From the sequence record NC_028999.1: 64,000 bases of DNA; one strand, given 5' to 3'. Below the pieces are notes generated by a model. The model was not told where the DNA came from, did no database searches, and was given only the letters and a program-made list of their open reading frames with translations. Made by a program: the position numbers and the translations under genes. Of the stretch, positions 21,201 to 31,548 are shown piece after piece (position 1 is the stretch's first letter; the number at the start of each line of letters is the position of its first letter).

Positions 21201-21913
21201 GTAAGCTCCTTCCGTACTTGTTGCCCCTGAACAAAACTCGCAACTACATTGACAAGAATTATCAGTACTGGATTGATGGCAGTAACTTCGCTTGGCTGGA
21301 AATGGTTACTGAAACCCAGAAAGCCAGTGAAGCTATCGAGACCAAAGGACTGGGTAAAGAACTGACCGAGCGTTGTGCCCTGAAGATCTCCATTGATCTC
21401 GCACGTCTGGTAACCGATTATCGGTTCATGCAGCAAGCCCAAACCTTCCACAACCTGATCGACAATCTGCGTCATGCGCAAAACGTGTATCTGTACAACT
21501 ACCAGCTTACGCAACGCCATGGCACTGACGTGATTCGCATTACGGCATTGATTGTGACTCCGGGGCTGCCGCAGGCTGAAGAATGTCATTTCACCTTCAC
21601 GGCTACCCACCGTACGTTTAATGACGTTGCTCAACCCAGTGACGGCTGGTACCGCATCGAGCATGACGCGCAAGCTATGCCCTCGCGGGTTAGCTGGTTG
21701 GTTGGCGTTCGCCTGACAGCTGACCTGTATCTGCGTTATAATAACGTTTGTCAGCTGAATACTGTACAGCCGCTGGCCCTTAGTGCGTATCACCTCGATA
21801 ATATCTCCAGCCAGAGCTTCCGCCATTACGTGGACAGCTCGGAGATTGAACTCGATGGGTTCTACGAGGGCAACCGCGTTAACGCCACGTACTGGGTTTA
21901 CCATCAACTTTAA
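21197..21913 (+). CDS. Hypothetical protein
   Basis: 238 aa, RBS GAGG, ATGA overlap. Confidence 0.7.
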   Translation: MSKLLPYLLPLNKTRNYIDKNYQYWIDGSNFAWLEMVTETQKASEAIETKGLGKELTERCALKISIDLARLVTDYRFMQQAQTFHNLIDNLRHAQNVYLYNYQLTQRHGTDVIRITALIVTPGLPQAEECHFTFTATHRTFNDVAQPSDGWYRIEHDAQAMPSRVSWLVGVRLTADLYLRYNNVCQLNTVQPLALSAYHLDNISSQSFRHYVDSSEIELDGFYEGNRVNATYWVYHQL

Positions 21914-21992
21914 AGGTAACGGAGATCGAAGGAAGTTAATACCGCGGTCTCCGTTAGTATGTGAGTAACCAAATTCCACAACTGGAAGAAAC

Positions 21993-22322
21993 ATGACGAC
22001 CGCTACTAGCGAATCGCCCCTCGGTAATATCCATTTCGGTTTCGGTACTAAGACTATCGCATTCGATGCCAAAGAAGGCATTGACGCTATGGTTCGTGAT
22101 GCCGGGATTCGGGATTATGCTGGGTGCAATATTCTGGCTCGTGAACTGCTTAAGGTTAAATGTCCCGAGCAGTTCAAGAACATGAGTGAAGAAGAACTGA
22201 GCAAATGGGCACTGGGCGGTATGTCCCGTGAGCTGGCTCAGTACCTGAATTCGTTCATGACGAACGAACCTACCCGAGAAGTTGTCGAAGTAATTGAAAC
22301 TCCCTTGATTGAAGAGGCTTAA
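21993..22322 (+). CDS. Hypothetical protein upstream of phuZ
   Basis: 109 aa. Confidence 0.7.
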   Translation: MTTATSESPLGNIHFGFGTKTIAFDAKEGIDAMVRDAGIRDYAGCNILARELLKVKCPEQFKNMSEEELSKWALGGMSRELAQYLNSFMTNEPTREVVEVIETPLIEEA

Positions 22323-22324
22323 GC

Positions 22325-23272
22325 ATGTCCAAAGTTAAAACTCGCGTTTACTGCTGTGGTGGTACCGGTATGGATATCGGTGTCAATCTGCAATGGCACC
22401 CGGATCTGGTATTCATCGATACCTGCGATAAGAACGTCACCGCAGATCATGACCTGGAGCGCGTGTTCCTGACCGAGGGCACTCGTGGTGCAGGTAAGAA
22501 TCGTCGCTACATGTTGCCGATCATCCGTCCACAAGTTCCTGGCTTCCTGGAACGGTACCCGGCTGGTGATTTCAATATTGTGGTGTTCGGTCTGGGTGGT
22601 GGTAGTGGTTCGACCATTGGTCCGGTAATCGTATCGGAACTGGCGAAAGCTGGCGAATCGGTTGCTGTGGTTTGCATGAGTGGTATCGAAGCTACCGAAG
22701 TCCTGCAAAACGACATCGATACTTTGAAAACTCTTGAAGGCATTGCAGCGGCTACCAATACCCCGGTTGTCATCAACCATATCGAGAACGTGAACGGCGT
22801 ACCGTACACCGAACTCGATAAGGAAGCGATCTTCAATATCCATGCACTGATCAATCTGACCAGTCAGAAACATGTTCGTCTGGATAAGCTGGATATCGAC
22901 AACTGGATCAACTTCACCAAGAAGCATAACCAGATTCAACCCCAGCTGTGCCAACTACATATCTCCAACAATCGTCAGGAGGCTACCTCTGTTCCTGAGC
23001 CCATTGCGATTGCTTCGTTGTTTGCTGACGCCTCTCGGGAAGTGGCCTTTGGCACTCCGTTCGTCCGTACCGTTGGTATCTCTGATGTGAGCGATCCTGA
23101 TCTGCTGGCTGACCAGCTGCACTTCGTGATCAACTCGATTGGTGTTGCTAGTTTGTTCGGTTCTCTGACCAAACAAAAACAAGAACTGGAAGCTGCACAA
23201 GTGCGCTACCAACAGCGCAACGCCATTATCGATATCGATGACAATCGTACCGACGACGGCTTCGTGGTCTAA
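22325..23272 (+). CDS. phuZ: PhuZ phage tubulin (spindle)
   Basis: CCGGTG, FIDTCDKN, GAGKNR and tubulin signature GLGGGSGS; acidic tail IIDIDDNRTDDGFVV. Confidence 0.96.
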   Translation: MSKVKTRVYCCGGTGMDIGVNLQWHPDLVFIDTCDKNVTADHDLERVFLTEGTRGAGKNRRYMLPIIRPQVPGFLERYPAGDFNIVVFGLGGGSGSTIGPVIVSELAKAGESVAVVCMSGIEATEVLQNDIDTLKTLEGIAAATNTPVVINHIENVNGVPYTELDKEAIFNIHALINLTSQKHVRLDKLDIDNWINFTKKHNQIQPQLCQLHISNNRQEATSVPEPIAIASLFADASREVAFGTPFVRTVGISDVSDPDLLADQLHFVINSIGVASLFGSLTKQKQELEAAQVRYQQRNAIIDIDDNRTDDGFVV

Positions 23273-23280
23273 AGATAACG

Positions 23281-23302
23281 GGGGAGCTTCGGCTCCCCTT
23301 TT
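23281..23302 (+). terminator. Terminator after phuZ
   Basis: GGGGAGC-TTCG-GCTCCCC-TTTT. Confidence 0.85.
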
Positions 23303-23327
23303 ATCCGTCTTTTATTTTGGAGGAGTA

Positions 23328-23765
23328 ATGAGCATGTTAGACATTTTTGTACAACGTGAACTGCGCACTAAGATCGAAAACATTCTGTGGGAAGAAATCG
23401 TTGCTCGCCAACCACCCCTGTCCATTCAGGAACTGATCGATCGGCTGAACATGGGGATCGACCGCCAGACTCTGGAATCGTTCCTGATCTGGCACTACAA
23501 GTCCCCAGGACGTGGAAATATCATCAAAGATCTGATCTGGATGATCAAAGGCGAAACCCCGACAGAGATCCGTTACGGTTTCCCACCCCTGCGCTTTATG
23601 CAACATGTCCTGGGACACGAATACAGTTACCACACGCCAGAGCATCAGCTTTGCATGAACAGCTGGAAACAACGTGCTCGGGAAGACTACGTCCAGCAGT
23701 ATAAGTACGACAGTATCATCAGCGACAATGTCAACCGGTTTATTTCGTCTCGGGTTAAAGAATAA
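23328..23765 (+). CDS. Hypothetical protein
   Basis: ATG 23328 after GGAGG. Confidence 0.7.
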   Translation: MSMLDIFVQRELRTKIENILWEEIVARQPPLSIQELIDRLNMGIDRQTLESFLIWHYKSPGRGNIIKDLIWMIKGETPTEIRYGFPPLRFMQHVLGHEYSYHTPEHQLCMNSWKQRAREDYVQQYKYDSIISDNVNRFISSRVKE

Positions 23766-23852
23766 CTGAGAGTGTAATGATCTGTAATACGTTTTACTTT
23801 AGTAGAAGGAACAGCTCAGTGAAACCAGATTAAACACCTCTTAGGAGGGGTT

Positions 23853-24347
23853 ATGGCTAAGACAGCAGCAAAAAAGCTCGATGAGCTTATGGCAGCTGAG
23901 CTTAACCTCAAACTCCCCGTCCAAACAGCGATGATACACCACGCGGTATCACTCAAGGGTAGTATGGAAGGATTCATCTTTGCTTACGAGCACGATGGCC
24001 TTGTGTTCTATGATCGAGTGGACATGTGGGACGAAGTTAACGGAATGCGTTTGAGGATAGCTCGCTTTAAGTCGCATCCAGTAATCGAGGATCGGCTGAA
24101 CAAAAGGTTGTATCGGCGTTGGTATGTTTGGGGAAACGGGTTATTAGTGCCTGTCAACATATGCAAAGTCGACGATTTGAAAGACCGCTTTTACTTTTTG
24201 ATTGATGATGACCCCAGTTATCGTACCATCAACGTCATGCCTGATGAGACATTGTTTATTCGGAAGAAGCCTTTACAACACTTAGCAAGAGTGCACCCAG
24301 GCTGGGGTGTGAAGTTTAACAGAGTTCGTGAATGTGCAGTGGCATAA
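23853..24347 (+). CDS. Hypothetical protein
   Basis: 164 aa, RBS AGGAGG. Confidence 0.7.
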   Translation: MAKTAAKKLDELMAAELNLKLPVQTAMIHHAVSLKGSMEGFIFAYEHDGLVFYDRVDMWDEVNGMRLRIARFKSHPVIEDRLNKRLYRRWYVWGNGLLVPVNICKVDDLKDRFYFLIDDDPSYRTINVMPDETLFIRKKPLQHLARVHPGWGVKFNRVRECAVA

Positions 24348-24395
24348 AGTGCTCTCCCTTTGGGGAGAGCGTTATGTCATCAAGGAGGGTACTTA

Positions 24396-24761
24396 ATGCA
24401 GTATCACAATACAATTTCAACAAAAGGAGCTACGTTGAATAACTACACAGCTAATCTCGTTAGAGAAGTTGTGTTAGAAGTCGACATGCATTTAAATGGT
24501 CGAGTAGTTAAACGTCAATCTGGCGTCTGGACTATGAAAACCATCCTGGGAGAAGCAGCTGATGTTTTGTGGTTGTATAAGGGGGAGTGGAAAACTCGAC
24601 CCAAGGGCGATCATCTAATGGAGTTCTACTTCGACGAACAGCACACCTTGAACAACTCAGTCGAGATCGACGTGGTTGAAAAGAAAGTCATCATCCGGGC
24701 CTCGGGTGTGACGCTGGAAGAAGTACGACACATTCTGCAAGCCCCTTGGATAGAAAAGTAA
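24396..24761 (+). CDS. Hypothetical protein
   Basis: ATG 24396 after AAGGAGG. Confidence 0.7.
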   Translation: MQYHNTISTKGATLNNYTANLVREVVLEVDMHLNGRVVKRQSGVWTMKTILGEAADVLWLYKGEWKTRPKGDHLMEFYFDEQHTLNNSVEIDVVEKKVIIRASGVTLEEVRHILQAPWIEK

Positions 24762-24769
24762 GGAATACC

Positions 24770-25033
24770 ATGCTCTCCCAAATCTGCGATGCCGCCAAGC
24801 TTCAACGTGAATGCCCGGAAACTCGGGTTGCTGGGGTTTCCAAAGGTCAGTATCTGGTTGTGTTCCCAGAGAACCAACCCACAGTTGTGCGTATCATCGA
24901 TACTAAAAAACCTGGCCTGCATATCCTGGCGGATATCGATTATCGCCACCGCTCCATTTCCCGTGCCCAAGAAGAAAATGATCAACTGCTGTTGGAAATC
25001 CTTCAGGACGTCCATAAGCCATCAATGCAATAA
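24770..25033 (+). CDS. Small hypothetical protein
   Basis: ATG 24770 after AAGGA. Confidence 0.65.
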   Translation: MLSQICDAAKLQRECPETRVAGVSKGQYLVVFPENQPTVVRIIDTKKPGLHILADIDYRHRSISRAQEENDQLLLEILQDVHKPSMQ

Positions 25034-25042
25034 GGAATCTTT

Positions 25043-25240
25043 ATGATCACCATCCCTGTTTCCCGTCTTGTAGGTTTCCGTAAACCTGAAGGCCAACGTC
25101 TTGGTCAAGCCGTACACAATCTGCTACAACTTTGTAAGGTCACCAATCCTGAGGACAAGGAATGGTGTGATCGGCTGTGGAACGCCGATGGTGAGGTCGC
25201 CCAGAGAATGATTGATGAGCGACTTGACAGAGAAAATTAA
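25043..25240 (+). CDS. Small phage protein with QRLGQA motif
   Basis: 65 aa, RBS AAGGA; QRLGQAVHN resembles a recurrent phage motif. Confidence 0.65.
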   Translation: MITIPVSRLVGFRKPEGQRLGQAVHNLLQLCKVTNPEDKEWCDRLWNADGEVAQRMIDERLDREN

Positions 25241-25333
25241 CTGACCAAGCGTATCGTGTGTTAGAAGTTACCCTGTTTGTCTGCCTGCTCTTTGCAAAGG
25301 TGCAATTCGCACAGACGACACAGGAAACTGAAA

Positions 25334-25660
25334 ATGTATTACGGTTGCTTTAAATCCCTAGAGGATGTCCTCGACTTCTATCACATCGAAGAATCTGATC
25401 TCATCGGTTGTACTATTCTGTTTGCAGCTTACGATGACTCTGAAGGTTACTCGGGTTATTCTTTCGTGCTCTTTGAGCGCGAAGGTAAACTTTACGAGGT
25501 AAACGCAAGTCATTGCAGTGGCTACGACTTAGAAGGCCAGTGGGAACCGGAGGAAACGACGATAGAGGCGTTGGAAGTTACCAGAGGGGGTTACTTTGTT
25601 GGCATCTATGATGACCAACTGAAAGACTTCCTCACCGCATTTAAACAGGGCAACCAATGA
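25334..25660 (+). CDS. Conserved phage protein (LYEVNASHCSGY.LEGQWEPEET family)
   Basis: Motif recalled from large phages; ATG 25334 after CAGGA. Confidence 0.7.
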   Translation: MYYGCFKSLEDVLDFYHIEESDLIGCTILFAAYDDSEGYSGYSFVLFEREGKLYEVNASHCSGYDLEGQWEPEETTIEALEVTRGGYFVGIYDDQLKDFLTAFKQGNQ

Positions 25661-25718
25661 CAAACATAGCCCCGGCTTCGGCTGGGGTTTATGCCGACAT
25701 GTTCAAGAGGAAACTGTA

Positions 25719-25961
25719 ATGACCATTATCCAAATGATCTTCCAACAAGCCCTCGAAGTAAAGCGTCGTTTCTTTGATGAAGTCATCGATTACGGTAATA
25801 TGGAAGTCCACGTGAATGGTGCTTCTATCACCTTCAACGATGATGATGGTAACGATGTAGCCAAAGTGGATTTCATGACTAATGAAGTCGTGTGCTACCG
25901 TTGTGACACCACCCAGGTTTACGACGTACTGAAAGCAATTGCTGACCAAGAGGAAGACTGA
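25719..25961 (+). CDS. Small acidic hypothetical protein
   Basis: 80 aa, RBS GAGG. Confidence 0.7.
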   Translation: MTIIQMIFQQALEVKRRFFDEVIDYGNMEVHVNGASITFNDDDGNDVAKVDFMTNEVVCYRCDTTQVYDVLKAIADQEED

Positions 25962-26536
25962 TGTTCTGGTTACTCTTTACAGCTATCACTGTAGTTGGCG
26001 GTATGCTTGCTGTACCAATCCATTACCACTACCTCTACAATACATTCGATGGCATCAAGACAGCGCGTAAGATCCTGATGAAGCATTACGTGACGTTAAT
26101 GCATAACCGCTACAATCAGCATGTACTCTACTTGATCAAAAGTGAGTACGGTATAAAGGCGATACTGGCAAACCATAACAGGAACACTGAGAAAAGTGAG
26201 TTGTTTAAGTTATGCCGTGAAATGGAGAAAACCATTACCGAATGGACAGGCGGCATCAAGGGACTAGACTTCTTGGAATTTGCTACTCTAAGAGACAATT
26301 TCCCCGCTGAGATGTACGATGAATGGATTCACCAATGGACCGCGGTGCTGGTGCAATTGCATGGTGAGTTCAACAATAATTTTGCTGACCTCAAGTTGTC
26401 ATACGCGATGGTTACTCCACAGAATGAACTGGTTATAGCCGAGTATCCAGCTATCAAAGAAGAAATGATCATGACCTTGGTACGAACTTCCCCCGATAAA
26501 CTGGATAAGATTCGTCGATGGGCTAACGCGTCATAG
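25961..26536 (+). CDS. Membrane-anchored hypothetical protein
   Basis: N-terminal hydrophobic FWLLFTAITVVGGMLAVPI. Confidence 0.7.
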   Translation: MFWLLFTAITVVGGMLAVPIHYHYLYNTFDGIKTARKILMKHYVTLMHNRYNQHVLYLIKSEYGIKAILANHNRNTEKSELFKLCREMEKTITEWTGGIKGLDFLEFATLRDNFPAEMYDEWIHQWTAVLVQLHGEFNNNFADLKLSYAMVTPQNELVIAEYPAIKEEMIMTLVRTSPDKLDKIRRWANAS

Positions 26537-26601
26537 GAAATAAGCCCCCTCCATTACGGAGGGGGTCTATTCCGTTTTTCTTTTTTAGATCGACCTGATC
26601 A

Positions 26602-27402
26602 TTACGGTGCTGCCATGATAGTTCGAATGTGGTGACGATTGCCTTCCGGATCGTTGAAGTTCCGGGAGATCTTCCGCCAGCGTTTGAGCTCTTCGTCGTA
26701 GAGGTCATTCGCTTCAGCCCATTCGTAAACTTTATCACGGAATACGCCAAGCTCTTGGCCACCTGAAAGTTGAGCCTCGGCCATCTGAATATACAGTTCA
26801 TTGTAGCAATAAGCTTTAACAGCGTATTCTACCAGCTTACTGAACGGTTTGATGGATTGAGGACGGATATTAAGTAGTTCATCATCATTACCCAGCCGGC
26901 AGGCCAAATACGCAGCGTGACTAGGTAAATAAATGAACCTAACCATAACCGTATTATGGTTGATCAGGCTGATGTACGATGTTTGTGCTACTGGGAGTCG
27001 CCTTGCAGCATCCAGAACCTTTCGAGTTTCAGCACCCATGCTCGATTCGTTATAATGCATGGCATAACCAGAGTTCTGATAACCCAGCAACCCAAAGTGT
27101 ATACTGAATACCTGAACGATCGGACGTTGTTGGGTGTACTCATCGGGGATGTAGTACACGACAGTGTAAGGATCAACGTATTCAGACTTGACGGGAAAGT
27201 CCAGTGGGATGTATGTTTTAGAACCACCAATCAAGTTAATGTCGGGCATTACCCGCGCTTCAATCACCATTTCACGAATACGATGTTCCAGTGATACGGC
27301 TGCACCACAAGCATTCATGTCTTGGCTAATAAATACTTGTTCTAGAATCTGTTTTGGGATTCTGAACTTCAGGTCAGAGAGTGCATGTTGAATAGCATTC
27401 AT
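26602..27402 (-). CDS. Conserved core virion-associated protein (phiKZ gp42-like)
   Basis: 266-aa single minus-strand gene; [16 protein letters not shown]...[12 protein letters not shown]. Confidence 0.65.
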   Translation of the reverse strand: MNAIQHALSDLKFRIPKQILEQVFISQDMNACGAAVSLEHRIREMVIEARVMPDINLIGGSKTYIPLDFPVKSEYVDPYTVVYYIPDEYTQQRPIVQVFSIHFGLLGYQNSGYAMHYNESSMGAETRKVLDAARRLPVAQTSYISLINHNTVMVRFIYLPSHAAYLACRLGNDDELLNIRPQSIKPFSKLVEYAVKAYCYNELYIQMAEAQLSGGQELGVFRDKVYEWAEANDLYDEELKRWRKISRNFNDPEGNRHHIRTIMAAP

Positions 27403-27491
27403 TTTAACGGCCTCTAAGGCCCCTTCCTGAGGCGATCGTACGGGAGATAATACCTACAATGGGTATAGTATACGAACGCCTAAATTCGGGG

Positions 27492-27521
27492 CATTACAAA
27501 AGATTTCAAATCTATATCATG
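27492..27521 (+). promoter_or_regulatory. Promoter repeat copy 1 (CATTACAAAAGATTTCAAATCTATATCATG)
   Basis: 29/30 identical to 37470-37499; contains TATATCA. Confidence 0.7.
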
Positions 27522-27550
27522 ATCCTGAAGAAATTCTTGGAAGACTTCAA

Positions 27551-28000
27551 ATGAACATTCACGAAACTTTAACAACAGAGCGTGAAAAGGAGATCATCGA
27601 TCGTGTCCTCGATGGAAAAGGTTTCGACCTCCATGCGTTCGATATTGGTCTGGTGTTATCTGAACTGAAGAACCACGAGTTCCGTACCTTTGTTCTGGAG
27701 CGAGTAAAGGCCAGTATCGGTATGGACGATATCGAAATCGGGCATGCCCTTGCTACGCACACTGAGCTGCTCATCGACGAGATGTTGATGCAGATTATCG
27801 AAACATTTGAACAGTGCTACGTAGCCAGAATCACTCGATTCTTGACCCGTGAAGAAATGGCCTGGTTGGCAACTTCGGTACCTGCCATGCGGGCAGCTAA
27901 ACTGTTGTATGAAACACTCGTAATCCCAGATTCGGCGTCAGGTCGTTTCGTCCGTATGCAACGGGTAGGAACGACTCTATACCTGGTCTACCCTAATTAG
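27551..28000 (+). CDS. Hypothetical protein
   Basis: 149-aa ORF. Confidence 0.7.
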   Translation: MNIHETLTTEREKEIIDRVLDGKGFDLHAFDIGLVLSELKNHEFRTFVLERVKASIGMDDIEIGHALATHTELLIDEMLMQIIETFEQCYVARITRFLTREEMAWLATSVPAMRAAKLLYETLVIPDSASGRFVRMQRVGTTLYLVYPN

Positions 28001-28017
28001 CCAATTGGAGCACTACA

Positions 28018-29031
28018 ATGTCTAAGCGGTTTGTTATGCTGGAAACTCAGCCTCAGGTTGAATTGGTGCATGAATACCTGCGCCACTTCATCTCTGTAAA
28101 TCCGGCTGCTGGGTTGCCAGTAGCTAACAAAACTACTGCCCTCAAGGTCGTCTTTAGTTTGGTGGAAAACCTACTGATCGGACGCAGTGCGTTCGAAGAC
28201 GAATACAACCTTGATGTAAAAGTCGCAGCGGCAATCTACGGGCTTGCCGAGACTGGTCTTAAGGACAAGCATTTCAAAACAGCACAATTGTTCATGGATA
28301 ATCCGTTGTTTGATGGTATTATCCAAGACCTGGATACCCAGCTCGATCCACATATTGAACGACGTACTTACACCATATGGAAAGTCATTCAGTTCGCCGG
28401 TGTGATCGGTATAGCTGAAGGTGAAGACCATCGTATCAGTGAATACTATCGACTGACCGATCAGAACAACGGTGACGATAATGCGGTGCTGGCATTGAAC
28501 TGTCAGAACCTCGTTTCGTTCCTGATGACTGAGTTCATAAAGAGTTTCAATGCGGTCTTAAGTGACCCACGTACTGCTCAGCGTATTGCAGCGTTGTATA
28601 GCAACGACGAAAAACAAATGCTGCGGATGCTGAACGAGCTGGCTCACCCGTATCGACAAGTTATCGCCTTGTTCTTAGATACGTTGACTACCATGTATCC
28701 CATGGTTGAGTTGGCTCCGGAGTGTCCTCAGCTCAATGAAGACTTCTTTGCAGTGATCGGGCTGATCAACATCAATGAGTTCAAACAGAACTACGTGCGC
28801 AAAGTCATTGCGGCATTTGGTCTGTCGTACTTCAGTGCTTACCTCAAGAAAGACAAACGCTACCTACTGGAATACAGCGCTGCTAACATCATGGCATTGT
28901 ACGAGCAAACGATCACCAACAAGACGGAGAAAGATATGCATCAACTGCTGCAATCTCTGATCAATGGGGATTACCTGCCTCCGGAAGAACGAGCTATCGC
29001 CGAACGTCTATATCAGGAAAGCAATCGATAA
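28018..29031 (+). CDS. Hypothetical alpha-helical protein
   Basis: 337 aa, RBS GGAG. Confidence 0.75.
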   Translation: MSKRFVMLETQPQVELVHEYLRHFISVNPAAGLPVANKTTALKVVFSLVENLLIGRSAFEDEYNLDVKVAAAIYGLAETGLKDKHFKTAQLFMDNPLFDGIIQDLDTQLDPHIERRTYTIWKVIQFAGVIGIAEGEDHRISEYYRLTDQNNGDDNAVLALNCQNLVSFLMTEFIKSFNAVLSDPRTAQRIAALYSNDEKQMLRMLNELAHPYRQVIALFLDTLTTMYPMVELAPECPQLNEDFFAVIGLININEFKQNYVRKVIAAFGLSYFSAYLKKDKRYLLEYSAANIMALYEQTITNKTEKDMHQLLQSLINGDYLPPEERAIAERLYQESNR

Positions 29032-29073
29032 CATGGAGCCCAGCTTCGGCTGGGCTTTATGCGCGGAGCCCAA

Positions 29074-29487
29074 ATGAACAGTCTAGCCATCTATATAGAC
29101 GCTTACGAGTATGTCCGGTTTTTAGATCCCGGTTACATCTTTGCTGCCGCCGCTTTGGGGCGTGATCCTCTAATCGAGATCATTGGTAGTATTGCATGTG
29201 CTAGATCTTTTGACGATGTAGGTGACCTCGACCACGAGGAATCCATTCGTTTATTTCTAGGTTACCACAGTTGGGATGGTAATGATGAAGAAACCGAAAT
29301 CATCGTAGACCACATCATGACCTGTGCCAGAAGTATCAAGGCTTACATTCCGGATGTTGGAGTGACGGTCTTGAAGAAAGTGATATGGGATACGCTACAT
29401 GAAGGTGGCGTACTACCCAAGGATAAAGTCCTACTGTTGGTGAATCACTATGACGAGAAAGAATATACTGGTGAGGTTGTCCCCTGA
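29074..29487 (+). CDS. Hypothetical protein
   Basis: ATG 29074 after GGAG. Confidence 0.65.
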   Translation: MNSLAIYIDAYEYVRFLDPGYIFAAAALGRDPLIEIIGSIACARSFDDVGDLDHEESIRLFLGYHSWDGNDEETEIIVDHIMTCARSIKAYIPDVGVTVLKKVIWDTLHEGGVLPKDKVLLLVNHYDEKEYTGEVVP

Positions 29488-29815
29488 GATCCTGATTGGA
29501 GAAGATAAGGTCCAAGCTGAACTGCTTTCCGACCTGACAGGCATCAGTATGTCAGATCTGTACAGCTTTGTTTTACAAGTGGCAGATCTTTATTTAAGTA
29601 GAGAACAAATCTACGACGAGCATGAACTCGTGGAAGTGTTCTTCATGGGTCGAAGCGAAGCTTGGGATTTCCTAAAGCAAATCGAAAAACAGCTACCTGA
29701 AATTATGTCGTTCTTCCCAGATCGTGTACAAGAAATCAGGTACCTGCGAACTATGGATAACGGCGTCTATGCAATCGGATCTTACACAACTGATCTACCG
29801 ACTGGACAAAGCTAA
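29450..29815 (+). CDS. Hypothetical acidic protein
   Basis: 121 aa, overlapping chain of ORFs. Confidence 0.6.
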   Translation: MTRKNILVRLSPEILIGEDKVQAELLSDLTGISMSDLYSFVLQVADLYLSREQIYDEHELVEVFFMGRSEAWDFLKQIEKQLPEIMSFFPDRVQEIRYLRTMDNGVYAIGSYTTDLPTGQS

Positions 29816-30242
29816 CTATTTTCCTCACTACGAGGAATTAGAGAAACTTTACCGACAGGTGTACCTGATCAAGAAAACGTTCAGTGGTTACGGCCCTGGC
29901 GGCGTGTTCGATGATGTAATTCAATGGGTCAAGGAAGCCTCCAGTAGACTCTCTATTGATCCTAAGACAATCCCCACGGATTTGGTCATACCTAATCTAA
30001 CCAGCAGCGGGAAGCGAGCTGAGCGTTATCGGGAACTGTTCCTGGAAGCTGCAATCTCTCTCCTGCGGTTATTACCACGGGGATTGATTGACCTGTTTCC
30101 AGTCATGTCCAAAGGTGACGCTATCGTCTTTCTGCTGACTTTCACCGGCAGGACTTTTTTACAACATGAAATCGTTGCTAGTTTTCGAGTCGAAGACTTT
30201 TGTAACACAACTGACAAAAGAGGAAGATCCAAGGTTAGTTAA
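29769..30242 (+). CDS. Hypothetical protein (start uncertain)
   Basis: Frame open from 29724; first ATG at 29769. Confidence 0.55.
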   Translation: MQSDLTQLIYRLDKANYFPHYEELEKLYRQVYLIKKTFSGYGPGGVFDDVIQWVKEASSRLSIDPKTIPTDLVIPNLTSSGKRAERYRELFLEAAISLLRLLPRGLIDLFPVMSKGDAIVFLLTFTGRTFLQHEIVASFRVEDFCNTTDKRGRSKVS

Positions 30243-30600
30243 GCATGTACTGCATCAATACCTGGAGTGCATCGTTCTACATTCGAAGTATTCTACACCG
30301 CCACCTTGGGGTGCGTTCTTTGAAACCTTCATGGAAGATGCCTATCTCGCGTTGATAATGGATGAGAGCCTCAGTTTACCCACAATCGATGAAGATGGCG
30401 TCATTACCAATCTAAGACTTCGTTTTCGTGAATTAATCGAGGTTTTAGCCAATGGTTACACTGATGAACTTGCTGCAACATTACGTGGATTCACGTCTAG
30501 CGGTGAGAAAATAGTTACCATTGATGTAGTAGGTTATGACAAATACAAACTCACCCTGTTGGTAACTACCGAGGTTCCCAAACATGTCGAACAATCCTGA
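30166..30600 (+). CDS. Hypothetical protein (start uncertain)
   Basis: 144-aa ORF. Confidence 0.55.
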   Translation: MKSLLVFESKTFVTQLTKEEDPRLVKHVLHQYLECIVLHSKYSTPPPWGAFFETFMEDAYLALIMDESLSLPTIDEDGVITNLRLRFRELIEVLANGYTDELAATLRGFTSSGEKIVTIDVVGYDKYKLTLLVTTEVPKHVEQS

Positions 30601-31096
30601 ACAGATAGTTCTCCCCGAGTACAATGTCGGGGTGATGGTTGACCACAAAGATATCGACACCCATCTCACCAGAATGTGCGATGTCATTCGTAACGTGGCT
30701 TTACAGACCTTCGTCCCCAAAGACGAAAACGACGAGATCATGCCAGAGGACTCCGTTAAAGTACTTCTACATACCTGTGTAAATGAGTACATGCAGTATG
30801 TGTTCTCTCAACCACCAAAGGTCAACATGCCCTTCGTAAACTACCTGGACGAACATTTCGCTCGGGTAGCTGAGCCAATTAAGAACGACCCACAGAAACT
30901 GAACTATCTGGAAACCAAGTTTGCTCAGGCGTGTGGTGCCGTAGGTAATTGCTTGATTCCAGCAGCCAATGAGCTGGCTCAACAAGGTTATGCCGTAGAG
31001 CAGGTACAGAACTTCCACGTGGGTTATAACAACACTTACTACGTTCTGACGGGTGAAGATTTCGGCATTGAAGCTGAGATGGATGAAAATAGCTAA
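30584..31096 (+). CDS. Hypothetical protein
   Basis: 170 aa, RBS GAGG. Confidence 0.7.
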   Translation: MSNNPEQIVLPEYNVGVMVDHKDIDTHLTRMCDVIRNVALQTFVPKDENDEIMPEDSVKVLLHTCVNEYMQYVFSQPPKVNMPFVNYLDEHFARVAEPIKNDPQKLNYLETKFAQACGAVGNCLIPAANELAQQGYAVEQVQNFHVGYNNTYYVLTGEDFGIEAEMDENS

Positions 31097-31548
31097 TGGA
31101 TAACAAAACTCACTATGAACTGGTGGTTCTTGGGAGTATCTCTGGCGCTCAGCTAGCTGAGTGGTTTCGCCTTAAATTCTACCAAGACCACCTAGCGGAA
31201 GAACACGACGCCACTGAACTCGAAGATCTCATGGGTATGATGCGGCGCCGCAAAAAACACACAATAGGAGAAATCAGAAAGAACATCCTGCATTTTTTCC
31301 AACGTACAGTGATGACCAACTTCGGGGAAACCATACTGGAAACCGCTGCAAACTTGGAAGACCTGTTGGACGACGATGATCATTCGGTGGTGATGACATA
31401 CAAAACCTACAAGGAATTTAAGCTCAATAACCCATTCCTGGATGTTGTTGCCATGTTCCCTTTGGACATGAATGGGACCTTTGGGTTCGTGGTCTGTCGT
31501 AACAATATGACCGCAGATTCGTTCAGGACCCTGACCCATGGCAATTGA
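31096..31548 (+). CDS. Hypothetical protein
   Basis: 150 aa, TAATG coupling. Confidence 0.7.
   Translation: MDNKTHYELVVLGSISGAQLAEWFRLKFYQDHLAEEHDATELEDLMGMMRRRKKHTIGEIRKNILHFFQRTVMTNFGETILETAANLEDLLDDDDHSVVMTYKTYKEFKLNNPFLDVVAMFPLDMNGTFGFVVCRNNMTADSFRTLTHGN

Noticed and set aside
21330-21365. ETKGLGK shared by ORFs 21197-21913 and 36377-37459
   Set aside because: A seven-residue match with no flanking similarity; most likely chance.
21179-22081. 300-aa minus-strand ORF
   Set aside because: Antisense to well-supported, RBS-bearing plus-strand genes of the phuZ operon.
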